Shown one piece after another: positions 43,807 to 53,844 of a stretch of 64,000 nucleotides of DNA; position 1 is the first letter of the stretch; each line of letters begins with the position of its first letter. The notes under the pieces are model-generated. The model had not been told where the DNA came from and did no database searches. It saw only the letters and a list, made by a program, of their open reading frames with translations. The translations under genes were made by a program, and so were the position numbers. Source of the DNA: an uncultured Fibrobacteria bacterium (GTDB taxonomy: Bacteria; Fibrobacterota; Fibrobacteria; UBA11236); contig OY970309.1 of NCBI GenBank assembly GCA_963716395.1, forward strand, positions 2,560,001 through 2,624,000, in the 5' to 3' direction.

Positions 43807-45536
43807 TCCGCGCGCACCTTTTCCACCAAGGGACGGATGGTCTCTTCGCCCATGTCAAAGCGCAAGCCGGCGGCGGTGAACAGATCGTGCAGGCCCAAGG
43901 TGCCTCCCAGGGACAGGGCCTGCTTGTATCGGCGCAAGGCTTCGGCCGGGTTTTCCAGCGAGGCGCTCCAGACTTGCAGCGCACCCAATTGGGCGATGCC
44001 GTATTCGATGTAGTAGAAGGGTACTTCGAACAAGTGCAATTGCCGGTGCCAGGCATGGGAATGGTATTCCTCCAGACCGCTCCAATCCACGTCGGCCCCG
44101 AAACGCGCCTCCAGTTCAAGCCACTTTTGGCTGCGCTGCTGCGGCGTATGCGGCGTGGTATAAATCCAATGCTGAAAGGCGTCGATGGTGGCCACCCACG
44201 GCAGCAGGCGGAACACCTCTTCATCTTCGCTGCGTATGGCGCGCTTTTTCTCCTCGGGCCCGTAGAACTCGTCGAGATAGCGGGCGCCGAGACGTTCCAT
44301 CGACATCGAGGCCACCTCGCTGAACTCCATGGGCGCGTGGCGGTTGAACGGCAGCGCCTGATTGCGCGCCAGCAGATAGTGAAAAGCATGCCCGCTTTCA
44401 TGCAGCAAGGTGAATACGTCTTCATTCAGGCCCACGGCGTTCATGAAGATAAAGGGCAGGCGCGCTTCGTTCAGGCTGCTCTGGTAGCCGCCCGGGGCCT
44501 TGCCCACGCGGTTCTCCAAATCCATGAGTTGATTGTCTTGGAGCACGGCGAAGCGTTCGGCCAAGTCGGGATCGAGGCGGGCGAAGATTTTTTCCACGCC
44601 CTGCACCAGGCGCGCGGCGGCGCGAAAAGGCCGCAGCGGCGGGCGTCCCAGCGGATCGCAACTCAAATCCCAGGGCCTAAGGCGGCTCAAGCCCAGGGCC
44701 TGGCGGCGCGCTTCCAGGCTTTCACGGAAAACCGGCACCACGGTTTTTTCCACCGCGGCGTGAAAGCGAAAACAATCGGCCGGCGTATAATCGGTGCGCA
44801 GATTACCCTTGAAGGCGTAGGCCACGAAATCGGGCAGCTTGAGATTGGCGGCCAGCTTCCGGCGCAACCCCAGCATCTGATCGAAGAGCGCGTCGAGGCG
44901 GTCGCGATCCTGCAACCGGCGCTCCGCCATTTTGCGCCAGGCCCGTTCGCGCACGCCGCGATCGGGTTCTTGCAGCAGGGGCGCCATCTGGCTCAGGGTG
45001 CGGGTTTCGCCTTCCCACTCCACCGTCATTTCGCCCTGGATTTTCTGGTAGCTCTGCGACAGTTTGGAAAGCTCGGTGTGCAGGGGAATGTTCTCTTCGC
45101 AGAACAAATCGATGCCGGTGCGCACGGCATTAACCCACTTGGCATAGTCGGGCGGCAGCTTGGCCGTGGCGGGATGGCCGATGAGCTTGCGGTTCAGGGC
45201 GTCGTCCAGCGGCGCCAGCTTGGGCTCGACCTGTTCCACGAAGCGGAGATAGGCCGCCTCTTTGTCCGCGTCCTGGGTGTAGCAGGTCATGTCGATGTAC
45301 AGGCGCGTCGACTCTTCCTGCACGGCGTCGGAAAGCTCGCCCCAGTCGCGAATCCATTGCCGCAAGGCTTCGGCGTCGGGCAGGGGGCGATCGCGCAATT
45401 CCTCCCAATGGGGGCGCTGTGCCTCCCAGTCGGCCAGCGACGCGTCGGAGGGCAAGTAACGGCGGGGATACTGTGCGGCCAGTTCGCGGGCTCTTTGTTT
45501 CCAGGCATTCGGGGCGGGGGAGGCGGGAGGGGGCAT
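43788..45536 (-). CDS. pepF: M3B oligoendopeptidase F
   Basis: RVGKAPGGY, HESGH zinc motif, EVASMSME, YYIEYGIAQLGA. Confidence 0.92.
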   Translation of the reverse strand: MPPPASPAPNAWKQRARELAAQYPRRYLPSDASLADWEAQRPHWEELRDRPLPDAEALRQWIRDWGELSDAVQEESTRLYIDMTCYTQDADKEAAYLRFVEQVEPKLAPLDDALNRKLIGHPATAKLPPDYAKWVNAVRTGIDLFCEENIPLHTELSKLSQSYQKIQGEMTVEWEGETRTLSQMAPLLQEPDRGVRERAWRKMAERRLQDRDRLDALFDQMLGLRRKLAANLKLPDFVAYAFKGNLRTDYTPADCFRFHAAVEKTVVPVFRESLEARRQALGLSRLRPWDLSCDPLGRPPLRPFRAAARLVQGVEKIFARLDPDLAERFAVLQDNQLMDLENRVGKAPGGYQSSLNEARLPFIFMNAVGLNEDVFTLLHESGHAFHYLLARNQALPFNRHAPMEFSEVASMSMERLGARYLDEFYGPEEKKRAIRSEDEEVFRLLPWVATIDAFQHWIYTTPHTPQQRSQKWLELEARFGADVDWSGLEEYHSHAWHRQLHLFEVPFYYIEYGIAQLGALQVWSASLENPAEALRRYKQALSLGGTLGLHDLFTAAGLRFDMGEETIRPLVEKVRAEWRSAL

Positions 45537-45639
45537 GGTCGTGTCACCGGGTGAAGGGGTGCTACAATTTAGGAAACCGCCGCTTTGGCCTGCGCCACGC
45601 CGGACTTTTGCGCGCGAGGTGCTATCTTCTTCGCCCCGC

Positions 45640-47217
45640 ATGACATTCGAGCAGGAAATCCTCCGGCGGCGCACCTTCGCCATCGTCAGCCACCCTGACG
45701 CGGGCAAAACCACCATCACGGAGAAATTCCTGTGGTACGGCGGCGCCATCCGCGAGGCCGGCCACGTGCGCGCCAAGGCTGGCAAAAAATTCACCACCTC
45801 GGACTGGATGAAAATCGAGCAGCAGCGCGGCATCTCGGTTTCGGCCTCGGTGCTGTCCTTTCCCTACGGCGGCTGCCAAATCAACCTGGTCGACACGCCC
45901 GGCCATCAGGATTTCTGCGAAGACACCTTTCGCGCCCTCACGGCCGTGGACTCGGCCTTGGTGCTCATCGACGCGGCCAAGGGTGTCGAGCCGCAAACCA
46001 TCAAACTCATGGAGGTGTGCCGCCTGCGCAAAACCCCGGTGACGGTGTTCATGAACAAGCTCGATCGCGACAGCCTCGATCCTCTCGCGCTCATGGACGA
46101 AGTCGAACGCGTGCTCGGGGTGCGTTGCGCGCCGCGCACCATGCCCATCGGCAACGGCAAACGCTTTCAGGGCGTGTATTCCTTTCTCGACAACACCGTG
46201 CATTTGTTCCAGCCCGGCAGCGACGCGGGCGAAATCCGCCCCGTCGAAAACATGCGCGACCCGCGTCTGGATGAATGGTTCGACGCGCAATACTTGGCCG
46301 AGTTCCGCGAGCAGGCCGAGTTGGCGTCGGGAGCGCTCGAACCCTTCGACCGCGCCCGTTATTTGCAAGGCGAGCAGGCGCCGGTGTTTTTCGGATCGGC
46401 CATCAACAATTTCGGCGTCAAGCATTTGCTCGACAGCTTCGTGGCCGTGGCGCCGCCGCCGTTGCCGCGGCAGGCCCATGAGCGCACGGTGCAGGCCGTG
46501 GAGCCGCATTTCACCGGCTTCGTATTCAAGATTCAGGCCAACACCGACCCCAAGCACCGCGATCGCATCGCCTACGTGCGCGTTTGCTCGGGAAAATTTG
46601 CGCGCGGCGACAAGGTGCTGCATTGCCGCACCGGCCGCCAGGTGCGGCTGGCGGCGCCCACCGCGCTCATGGCCAACGACCGCACCGTGGTCGAAGACGC
46701 CTTTGCCGGCGACATCATCGGCATCCACGATCCCGGGCTGTACGCCATCAGCGATACTTTTTCGGATTCCGAAAACCTGGCCTTCGCGGGCATTCCCGAT
46801 TTCGCCCCCGAGCATTTCTGCCGCGTGCATCTCGAAGACCCGCTCAAGAGCAAGCAATTGCAGCAGGGGCTGCGCCAGCTTTCCGAAGAAGGCGCGACCC
46901 AGCTTTTCTATCCGCTGGGCGGGCCCATTCCCGTGCTGGGCGTGGTGGGCGTGTTGCAATTCGATGTGCTCAAATTCCGGTTGCTGGAAGAATACGGCGC
47001 GCAATGCCGCTTCGAAGCCGCGCCCATTTTCCAGGCGCGCTGGGTGGCGGGCGACGCCGCCGAACTGGCCGCGTTCAAAGCGGAACACACTTTCGACTTG
47101 GCGCAGGACAAACGCGGCAACCTGGTGTATCTGTGTCCCAATGAATTCCGCCTGCAAACCGTGGAGAAGAATTTTCCCCAGCTCCGGCTGAACAAATTCC
47201 ACGTCGACGCGGAGTGA
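45640..47217 (+). CDS. prfC: Peptide chain release factor 3
   Basis: RRRTFAIVSHPDAGKTT, DTPGH.DF, NKLDR, FVFKIQAN.DP.HRDR. Confidence 0.97.
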   Translation: MTFEQEILRRRTFAIVSHPDAGKTTITEKFLWYGGAIREAGHVRAKAGKKFTTSDWMKIEQQRGISVSASVLSFPYGGCQINLVDTPGHQDFCEDTFRALTAVDSALVLIDAAKGVEPQTIKLMEVCRLRKTPVTVFMNKLDRDSLDPLALMDEVERVLGVRCAPRTMPIGNGKRFQGVYSFLDNTVHLFQPGSDAGEIRPVENMRDPRLDEWFDAQYLAEFREQAELASGALEPFDRARYLQGEQAPVFFGSAINNFGVKHLLDSFVAVAPPPLPRQAHERTVQAVEPHFTGFVFKIQANTDPKHRDRIAYVRVCSGKFARGDKVLHCRTGRQVRLAAPTALMANDRTVVEDAFAGDIIGIHDPGLYAISDTFSDSENLAFAGIPDFAPEHFCRVHLEDPLKSKQLQQGLRQLSEEGATQLFYPLGGPIPVLGVVGVLQFDVLKFRLLEEYGAQCRFEAAPIFQARWVAGDAAELAAFKAEHTFDLAQDKRGNLVYLCPNEFRLQTVEKNFPQLRLNKFHVDAE

Positions 47218-47445
47218 CCCCCCCCCGGCGGTGTGCGAGCCGGAAGGCCGCCGCACCCTTCGTCGGTTCGAAGGGCTCACCGACCGAAGGGGCGCGGGTG
47301 AGCCCGGTTCCCGAGCCAGTCAAGAAATGTCGAGTCCGAGTCGGCGAAGAAATTCTCAGAGTCGGAGCACGGAGCAAGGCAATCGCTTGCGCGATCGATT
47401 CCTCCTGGCGCCGCATACGGACGCCACCTACTTTACATTAAAACG

Positions 47446-49929
47446 CTATTTCACAAAGGCCAAGAGTCGGGTGACTTGCGCCGTTCCAGCGGTGCAGCGC
47501 GCGAAAAAGACGCCGACGCCGAGCGAAAGAGGCGTTCCTTCGGGGCGCGATTGCGCCGGAGAATATTGGAGACGGTGGACCACATGGCCCTGCATATCGA
47601 CCAGGTCGATGACGATGTCCTTTCCCTGAAACTCTTCGGGGAGCCACAGGTTTTGCCCCAGCACATTTAACATGCGTTTACCCGAGGCGGCCAAGGCCGG
47701 GGGCTTGGGAAGCAAGACGGGCGTGAAACTCGAAAACAAAAATTTCTCCGCGGTTTCTTGAAAGCGTTCGACGCTGTCTTTTTTTGAAATCAAAACCAGA
47801 TAGGCTACGGAGTCGGATGACTTCGCAGGCGTGAACGAGATTTGCGTGGTGACATGCGACCCGAGGGGAATGCTCGGATGCAAAGAGCCCGAGTCGATCA
47901 CCGGCCCGGTGGGAGATGAATTGCGCAATTGCCAGGAGACGTCGACCGCCGTGCCGGAAAATTCATCGTTGTAAACGGTCAGGTTACGGGTCACCATTTG
48001 TCCGATGTTGAGAACCGTCGGCTTCACATAAGGCCAGTCGCCTTTCGCATCCGACATCTTGTTGCTTTCCCAGAAGCCGCTGTCGGCCACCAGCACCGGG
48101 TTATACGCGGCCTGAATGCGTTCGATGATCGGATTGCTCCACGGATTCGGCAAATTGTCCGTGCCGTAAATGGGATTGGGGCTGAGGGTGACGCCATTCC
48201 ACGATGTATAGTTCTTATAACCTTGCTCGAGTTCCATATCGGTGCGGCGCACACCAGGGACCAAGCTCGCCCAGGCCGAAAGCAAGGTATAGGGCCGGAT
48301 GTCCGAAGCGTTTTGCCGGCGCATGGCCTGGGCGGACGTGGCGAACCACATGAAACCCTGCAAGGTTTCATCCATCGGCCAGACGAACTCGCCTTGACCA
48401 AAAGGTTGATCGGTGCGGGTGCCGACGGCCTCGGTGTAATTACCCAAGCCGTTGCCATAATGGATGAAGGTGGAAAAGTTCGGGTATTTCAGGTTGTTGA
48501 AGGTGGTCCCGTCCACGCTGATGGGCCGCGTCGAGTCTGCGGACATGGCCGCATTGTAAAGATCGATTTCGAATTGGTCGGTGCCGCCCGGCTCGTTGGA
48601 TTGGCTCCAGCGCACCACCGCCGGATGATTCCGATCGCGATCGATCAAGGCGATCAGATGGTTGACCATGTTGTTGTGCCCGTTGGTGAAATCCTCGTTG
48701 CCTTCGCTGCCCCGGATGGCCGATTCCACCATCACCATGAGTCCTTTTTCGTCGCACACGTCCAACATATACGGCGCGACCGGCTCCTGGTGCAGGCGCA
48801 CGAAGTTGAAGTTGAGGCGCTGGTAATTGTCCACCACTTGGGGCCAGCCGTTGGCGCCGGACCCGAATCCGGGATAGGTATCATACGCGTCACCCCGGCC
48901 GCCGCCGTAATTGATGGCGTCGTAATTGACGCCCTGAAGGTTGTCGCCCCGGAAATTCACCCGGATGCCGTTCAGGAAGTAGTCGGTGAAGCCGCCGCTG
49001 CTTTTTTGATCCACTTCCCGAAACCCGAAGCGAACCGTTTTCGTGTTCACGGCCGCGGCGTTCTGCATCAAAGTGAGCGTCAAGTTGTGGAGCTGGGCCG
49101 TATACCCGGTTTGATACGGCACGTTCGGCCACCAGTACGAACTCGCGCCGAGCCCCCAGGCGATGGGTCCGAACGTGATTTTCATCGTGGCGTTCGGGTT
49201 GACGGTGAACGTTTGACTGGGAATGGACGGATAAGCGAAGTTGCTTTGGTTCCACGAAGAAAGGGCCGCCGACAGGCTCAGGTTCTGCGCGGTATTGCCC
49301 GCATTGGTGACCCACACGTCGAAGGCCAGCGATGCGTTGGTCACCGAAGTGCGGACGTAACAATCGCTGATATAAATCTGCGGGTAGACTTTGAGAAATG
49401 CGGATCGGAAGATGCCGTCGGGCAAATTCGGACTCCATCCCGCCGCAGTCGGAACGGTTGATTTTCCATTCACCGTAAACGCATTTCTGCCTTTCACGTC
49501 GACTTGGAGCGTATAACTTTGTCCGGGTGTGACGAATTTGGAAATGTCGAAGACCGAAGGCGTCCAGGCCGTGAGATTGGTGGCCACCAGTTGATTATTG
49601 ATGGAAAGCGCAGCCTGATAGTTGACGACTCCGAATTCGATTTTGGTGACCTGGGGCTGGCCGGAATTGGGAATCGCAATCGTACGGGAATAGACGGCTT
49701 CGCTGATGTTGGTAAAGCCCTGTTTGTACCAGCCGCCGCCGGGAACCGTAATCGTCGTCTGACTTTTACCCGCCGGGGTAAAGTTCCAGGTGCCCGAAAG
49801 ATCGACGCTGTCGAGCGGAGCGCCCTCGTCGGCCAGGCTTCCGACAACCAGAAAGCAAACGAGACACAACGCCGATTTTTCACGCAGCGTTCTTTCGATC
49901 TTTTCGGATTGCCGAGGCAATTTCATCAT
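47446..49929 (-). CDS. Secreted GH2-family glycoside hydrolase with T9SS-like C-terminal domain
   Basis: DLSGTWNF, GIFRS, RFGFRE, LNG...FRG.N, NFVRLH, CDEKGLMV, RDRNHPAVVRWSQSNE, GEF; tail DMQG..V...GVFF. Confidence 0.85.
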   Translation of the reverse strand: MMKLPRQSEKIERTLREKSALCLVCFLVVGSLADEGAPLDSVDLSGTWNFTPAGKSQTTITVPGGGWYKQGFTNISEAVYSRTIAIPNSGQPQVTKIEFGVVNYQAALSINNQLVATNLTAWTPSVFDISKFVTPGQSYTLQVDVKGRNAFTVNGKSTVPTAAGWSPNLPDGIFRSAFLKVYPQIYISDCYVRTSVTNASLAFDVWVTNAGNTAQNLSLSAALSSWNQSNFAYPSIPSQTFTVNPNATMKITFGPIAWGLGASSYWWPNVPYQTGYTAQLHNLTLTLMQNAAAVNTKTVRFGFREVDQKSSGGFTDYFLNGIRVNFRGDNLQGVNYDAINYGGGRGDAYDTYPGFGSGANGWPQVVDNYQRLNFNFVRLHQEPVAPYMLDVCDEKGLMVMVESAIRGSEGNEDFTNGHNNMVNHLIALIDRDRNHPAVVRWSQSNEPGGTDQFEIDLYNAAMSADSTRPISVDGTTFNNLKYPNFSTFIHYGNGLGNYTEAVGTRTDQPFGQGEFVWPMDETLQGFMWFATSAQAMRRQNASDIRPYTLLSAWASLVPGVRRTDMELEQGYKNYTSWNGVTLSPNPIYGTDNLPNPWSNPIIERIQAAYNPVLVADSGFWESNKMSDAKGDWPYVKPTVLNIGQMVTRNLTVYNDEFSGTAVDVSWQLRNSSPTGPVIDSGSLHPSIPLGSHVTTQISFTPAKSSDSVAYLVLISKKDSVERFQETAEKFLFSSFTPVLLPKPPALAASGKRMLNVLGQNLWLPEEFQGKDIVIDLVDMQGHVVHRLQYSPAQSRPEGTPLSLGVGVFFARCTAGTAQVTRLLAFVK

Positions 49930-49978
49930 GTTGTTTCCTCTCTAGAAAAAGTTTGGGCTTGGGCCTCGGAGCGTTTCG

Positions 49979-50050
49979 GGGGAATTGCGCCAGGAGCGAT
50001 CCGGTTTTTTGGTTTTCGAAACTGAGCTTGATGAATTCATCCGACCGGGC
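49979..50050 (-). pseudogene. 3' remnant of a DUF2341/LamG lipoprotein paralogue
   Basis: Reads ARSDEFIKLSFENQKTGSLLAQFP versus ARSDDFIKLSFENQQANSPLLQFP at the end of the 53845-55533 gene. Confidence 0.82.
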
Positions 50051-50291
50051 GAAAAAGTTGAATCCAATTGGAATCGTTGGGGCCGGAAAAAACCAGGGCG
50101 GTTGCAGTGAAAATGAACATGCAGAAAACCCTTGGTTTCAAGGCAATTTCCTTCGGATGGGGGCCCGACCATTTCTTTTCGCGCACCGATTTTGACATCG
50201 GTGAGACGATCCCTCTGAAAAGGGATATAATCCTAACCCTATAATCCCGCAGACCAAGGGCAAATCTTTAGTTTCCGAATGGAAACGTCTC
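50046..50291 (-). repeat. ~245-bp diverged copy of 53572-53813 (promoter plus 5' end of the DUF1080 gene); encodes a 34-aa stub at 50141-50037
   Basis: Colinear match by eye; stub LKPRVFCMFIFTATALVFSGPNDSNWIQLFRPVG* versus LKPMVFCMLIFTATTTVFSGPNDSNWIQLFRPG. Confidence 0.9.
50271..50286. promoter_or_regulatory. Palindromic site GTTTCCGAATGGAAAC (copy 1)
   Basis: 41 bp upstream (minus strand) of a TATAT box at 50225-50229. Confidence 0.65.
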
Positions 50292-50601
50292 TACAGCTTT
50301 CGGTGATACGGCCGGGGACGGTCGCGGTAAAGATTCGTTTTCGGAGTAGTTGTGATTTTTTGACTTCGAGGCGGCGTTTTTCTCTTGAACAGGCGGATAC
50401 CATCTGGATTGGTTCGTCTCGTTCCGGATGAAACGGGAATCGTACCGAATGAAAATGGTTGTGGAGAGGAGCCCGAACTTACTGCCAACGGAAACTACGC
50501 GGGGCGTCCAAAATTTTCCGGCGCGAAACTTCGGCACATTCTTGTCGCTGCTGCCTGCGGTTCTCTTTCCGCGCCTGCTCGTCCGCCACCGGCCGGGATT
50601 T

Positions 50602-52386
50602 TCACGGCACGGCCACGCGTTGCGTGATGGATGTCTGTACGTTGCCGAGTCGAATCAGGTAGATGCCGGGTCCGTAAGACTGGGCGGATTGCCATTGCCC
50701 GTTGTTGTTGTTGAGATTCCCCGCGGTTTCCAACACGCGGCCATCAAGGCTTAGGACTTGGGCTTTTTCCACGCCGGTAAACCACGCAGCTTGCAAGCGG
50801 CCTCCGGGCAGGGCGGATACACGCGTATTCCAACGGTTGGCGTCGTTTTGCAGGTGGCGGTTCTCCAAAATGCCGACGGGTGTGCCGGGACCGAAATTAT
50901 TCAAAGTGTACCAGAAACGATCGCTCCACATCGTCCGGCCGGAAACCGAGGCGATACCGGAGAATTTGATATAAATCAAGTCGCCTTGCGTGAGTCCGTT
51001 GATGGTCAAGGTGGCCGTCATTCCGTCGGCGCTCAAGGTGGCGGATTGAACGGTCAGGTTTTGCGTGGCGCCGGTGCAGCAACCGTAGTACTCTCCACTT
51101 GGAGCCGGAATGATGTAGTTCCATTCTTGCGCGGTGAAATTGGAGGCGTTCACGGCCTTCGCCGGTTCGGTGAAATCGAGCGCGAAGGTGGTGGTGCCCG
51201 TGGAACGAACGTCGAGAACGTCGAAGACGGGCGTGTTGTTTTCCACCATGCGCTGTAATCCGTAATACTGGTTGTTCCAGTTCCAGCCGCCCCAAACGTT
51301 GCCGCCGACTCCGATGCCGCCGATGTAGATGGCCCCGTCCGGACCGACGATCATACGGTTTGCGCCCGCCTGCAGGCCGCCGGAAAAGCGGAAGACCGCG
51401 CCTTGGTAATCGCCGTTCACCTTTTCCAGGGAAATGCGGGCCAGGCATCCCAGATTGTTGTCACCCACCAACATCTGATGGGCGAAGAGTCCGCTGGTTA
51501 AATAAACCGGCTGCGTGTTGGAAATTCCCAGGGCGTCGATGCCATTGCCGTAGGGAAACCACACCACGGGAGGGGTGGCCGGCGTGTTACTGAAAGGACT
51601 GCGATTATTTTTCAACACGCTGAAAAAGCGACCCTGCTTGACTTGCACGAGCTTGTCGGCGGGAACGTAATCGCCCTGATTATCGGTGACGAAGATACCG
51701 TCTTCGGGGCCGAGGGTAATGCCATTGGGAGAGCGAATGCCGCAGGCGATGGTGTCGAAGCCGGCTTTCCCGAGGGTCAGCCCGAGGATGCAACTGCGTT
51801 CCGGCGACTGGACGTCGCCTAAAGGGTATTCGGTCGCCAAGCCCACGATGAAGCGATTGTCGGGGGCCGGGGTGTATACCAATCCCTCGGCGAAAGACAA
51901 ATCTTTGCCGCCGTTGGTGGAGGCGCCGGCGTTGCGATGCCAACCGCTGCCGACCTTCTTCATGGACAGGAGTACGGTATCATTGGTGGAGTCAAACACC
52001 ATTTGCACCAGAGAATCCTTGTTGACCACGTAGACCTGGCCGTTCATCGTCGTAGCACCGAGCGGTTCGTCCATGTTGGTGGACAGGGTTTTGTAGGTGA
52101 TCTTCGTCGAATCTCCGCTTTCCACGTTTTTTATGATGTAGGCGGCGCCGGGTCCTCCCGGCGAGGTATTGCCGAATCCTATCCAGGTTGTCACCAACAA
52201 ATCGCCGTTGGGCAAAAAATCCATACCGCTGACTTGAGGGTTGAATCCCGGAGGCCGCAAACTGGACATGGTGAAATGAGGGTAGACGGGGGGGGTTACC
52301 GGCTGGGCGGGGGCGCCGATCCAGAGGAGAGCCAAGACCGCCGCACCCGTAAAGCTTGGGTGTTTTCTCTGATAGTAGCCTCTCAT
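50602..52386 (-). CDS. Secreted beta-propeller protein (sugar-dehydrogenase-like fold) with T9SS-like tail
   Basis: Signal peptide, P.VSGMDFLPNGDLLVTTW, GIRSPNG, TDNQGDYVPA, LEKVNGDYQGAVFRF; tail SLDGRVL...GIYLIRL. Confidence 0.72.
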   Translation of the reverse strand: MRGYYQRKHPSFTGAAVLALLWIGAPAQPVTPPVYPHFTMSSLRPPGFNPQVSGMDFLPNGDLLVTTWIGFGNTSPGGPGAAYIIKNVESGDSTKITYKTLSTNMDEPLGATTMNGQVYVVNKDSLVQMVFDSTNDTVLLSMKKVGSGWHRNAGASTNGGKDLSFAEGLVYTPAPDNRFIVGLATEYPLGDVQSPERSCILGLTLGKAGFDTIACGIRSPNGITLGPEDGIFVTDNQGDYVPADKLVQVKQGRFFSVLKNNRSPFSNTPATPPVVWFPYGNGIDALGISNTQPVYLTSGLFAHQMLVGDNNLGCLARISLEKVNGDYQGAVFRFSGGLQAGANRMIVGPDGAIYIGGIGVGGNVWGGWNWNNQYYGLQRMVENNTPVFDVLDVRSTGTTTFALDFTEPAKAVNASNFTAQEWNYIIPAPSGEYYGCCTGATQNLTVQSATLSADGMTATLTINGLTQGDLIYIKFSGIASVSGRTMWSDRFWYTLNNFGPGTPVGILENRHLQNDANRWNTRVSALPGGRLQAAWFTGVEKAQVLSLDGRVLETAGNLNNNNGQWQSAQSYGPGIYLIRLGNVQTSITQRVAVP

Positions 52387-52459
52387 TTTAAGTCCTCCCG
52401 GCCTTATGAAATATTTTCCAAAGCACCCATTTCAAGGGCGAGTGAATGTATCCCCGTCC

Positions 52460-53668
52460 TTACAATTTGGGGTAAACGGCCTGCGCAATTCCCTGGCGCG
52501 TTTCCACCCGCAGGTTATACAGGCCCGGCTTCAGAGCGGAGAGATCAAGATACGTTCGTCCCGCGCCACGAAATGAAGCCGCACGAACGCCATTTAAATC
52601 GTAGGCATCGACACGAATGATTTCACTCGTGGAAACAATGCGGTTACCCTCCAGAGAGAAGATTTCGAGGCTCCGTTTTTCCGAACGCACGATTCCGGAC
52701 ACTCCCGAGCATTGTGTGGGATCATTTTTAACGAAATAGGCCCGGTACGCAGTGTCGTTTTTGTCCATGCAACCCACCAAATTCAACAATTCGATTTTGG
52801 CGAACTCCGTCGAGGTGCCTTCCAATTGAATGGCGATGTATCCGGACGAAATCGGGGCCGCACCATTGAGGTTGGTGTTGCTGGAAGTCTGACCCGAATG
52901 GGGGCCGGTGAAACCCATGACGGAATCCCAGGCGGTGTCGGGACGGCTTCGGACCCAAAAAGTCATCGAGGTGGAGTCCAACACCCGCGACAGGGAATAC
53001 TCCCAAATGTTTCTTCCGGGCCAGGTGGCATTGCTGGAGTTGAGGCCGTTCCCGGCAATCGTGGAGGAGTCATAACTGAGATCATGAAATTTTGCGTTGG
53101 TGCAGTGATTCCCCGTATTATCGGAATACCATTTCCCTTGGTAATTGATGGTTGTTCCATTGGCGCAAATATTGGAACTTCTCACGTTGGGGGGGCCATT
53201 GCAGCAGCCGTTGCTCCAGTATCCCAACAATTGATTTTCAAAGCAGTTCGGATAGGCCTGGTTTACGCCCATGGTATGCGGATCCTGGGAATGCAGCATC
53301 AGGCCGTTGTTCTGAATGGTATAACCTCCATGATCCAGATCCGATTTTTGGGGAAAGTGAAATTGCGCCCGCAAGAGGTAGTCGGAAAAAGGCGTCTTAT
53401 AAAAGAGATGGCCGTACCCATAAATGGAACTGAGAGGGGTCGTATCGATTACCTCCAGCATGGGGGTGTGCGAAGAATCGTTGCTGACCGCATAGCGGAA
53501 GGTGTTATAAAGATTCACGCCCAGGTTTTGACCTTCAATTTTGGGAATCCAATCGGAAAGGGTCGTGTCGCCCGGGCGAAAAAGTTGAATCCAATTGGAA
53601 TCGTTGGGTCCGGAAAAAACCGTGGTGGTGGCCGTGAAAATCAACATGCAGAAAACCATTGGTTTCAA
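52460..53668 (-). CDS. Secreted DUF1080 (3-keto-disaccharide hydrolase-like) protein with T9SS-like tail
   Basis: W..LF...LSDW.PKI, GHLFYKTPFSDY.L, NNGLMLHSQ, SGYIAIQLEG...EF.KIELLNL.GCMD; TTG start after AAGGAG. Confidence 0.8.
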   Translation of the reverse strand: MKPMVFCMLIFTATTTVFSGPNDSNWIQLFRPGDTTLSDWIPKIEGQNLGVNLYNTFRYAVSNDSSHTPMLEVIDTTPLSSIYGYGHLFYKTPFSDYLLRAQFHFPQKSDLDHGGYTIQNNGLMLHSQDPHTMGVNQAYPNCFENQLLGYWSNGCCNGPPNVRSSNICANGTTINYQGKWYSDNTGNHCTNAKFHDLSYDSSTIAGNGLNSSNATWPGRNIWEYSLSRVLDSTSMTFWVRSRPDTAWDSVMGFTGPHSGQTSSNTNLNGAAPISSGYIAIQLEGTSTEFAKIELLNLVGCMDKNDTAYRAYFVKNDPTQCSGVSGIVRSEKRSLEIFSLEGNRIVSTSEIIRVDAYDLNGVRAASFRGAGRTYLDLSALKPGLYNLRVETRQGIAQAVYPKL

Positions 53669-53792
53669 GGCGATCTCCTTTGGATGGGGCCCGACCATTT
53701 CTTTTCGCGCACCGATTTTGACATCGGTGAGACGCTCCCTCTGGGGATATAGCTCTAACCCTATAATCTCGCAGACCAAGGGCAATTCTTTG

Positions 53793-53808
53793 GTTTCCAA
53801 ATGGAAAC
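53793..53808. promoter_or_regulatory. Palindromic site GTTTCCAAATGGAAAC (copy 2)
   Basis: 7-bp arms with 2-bp spacer, 41 bp upstream of TATAT (53747-53751) for the DUF1080 gene. Confidence 0.7.
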
Positions 53809-53844
53809 GTCTCATTTTCCGGCGCGAGCTTCCGGGTTCCGGGA

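Noticed and set aside
45640-47217. prfC as an SXT/R391-type ICE integration site for the island
   Set aside because: Those elements insert at the 5' end; here prfC is intact, the island is 3' of it, and no integrase or att duplication is visible
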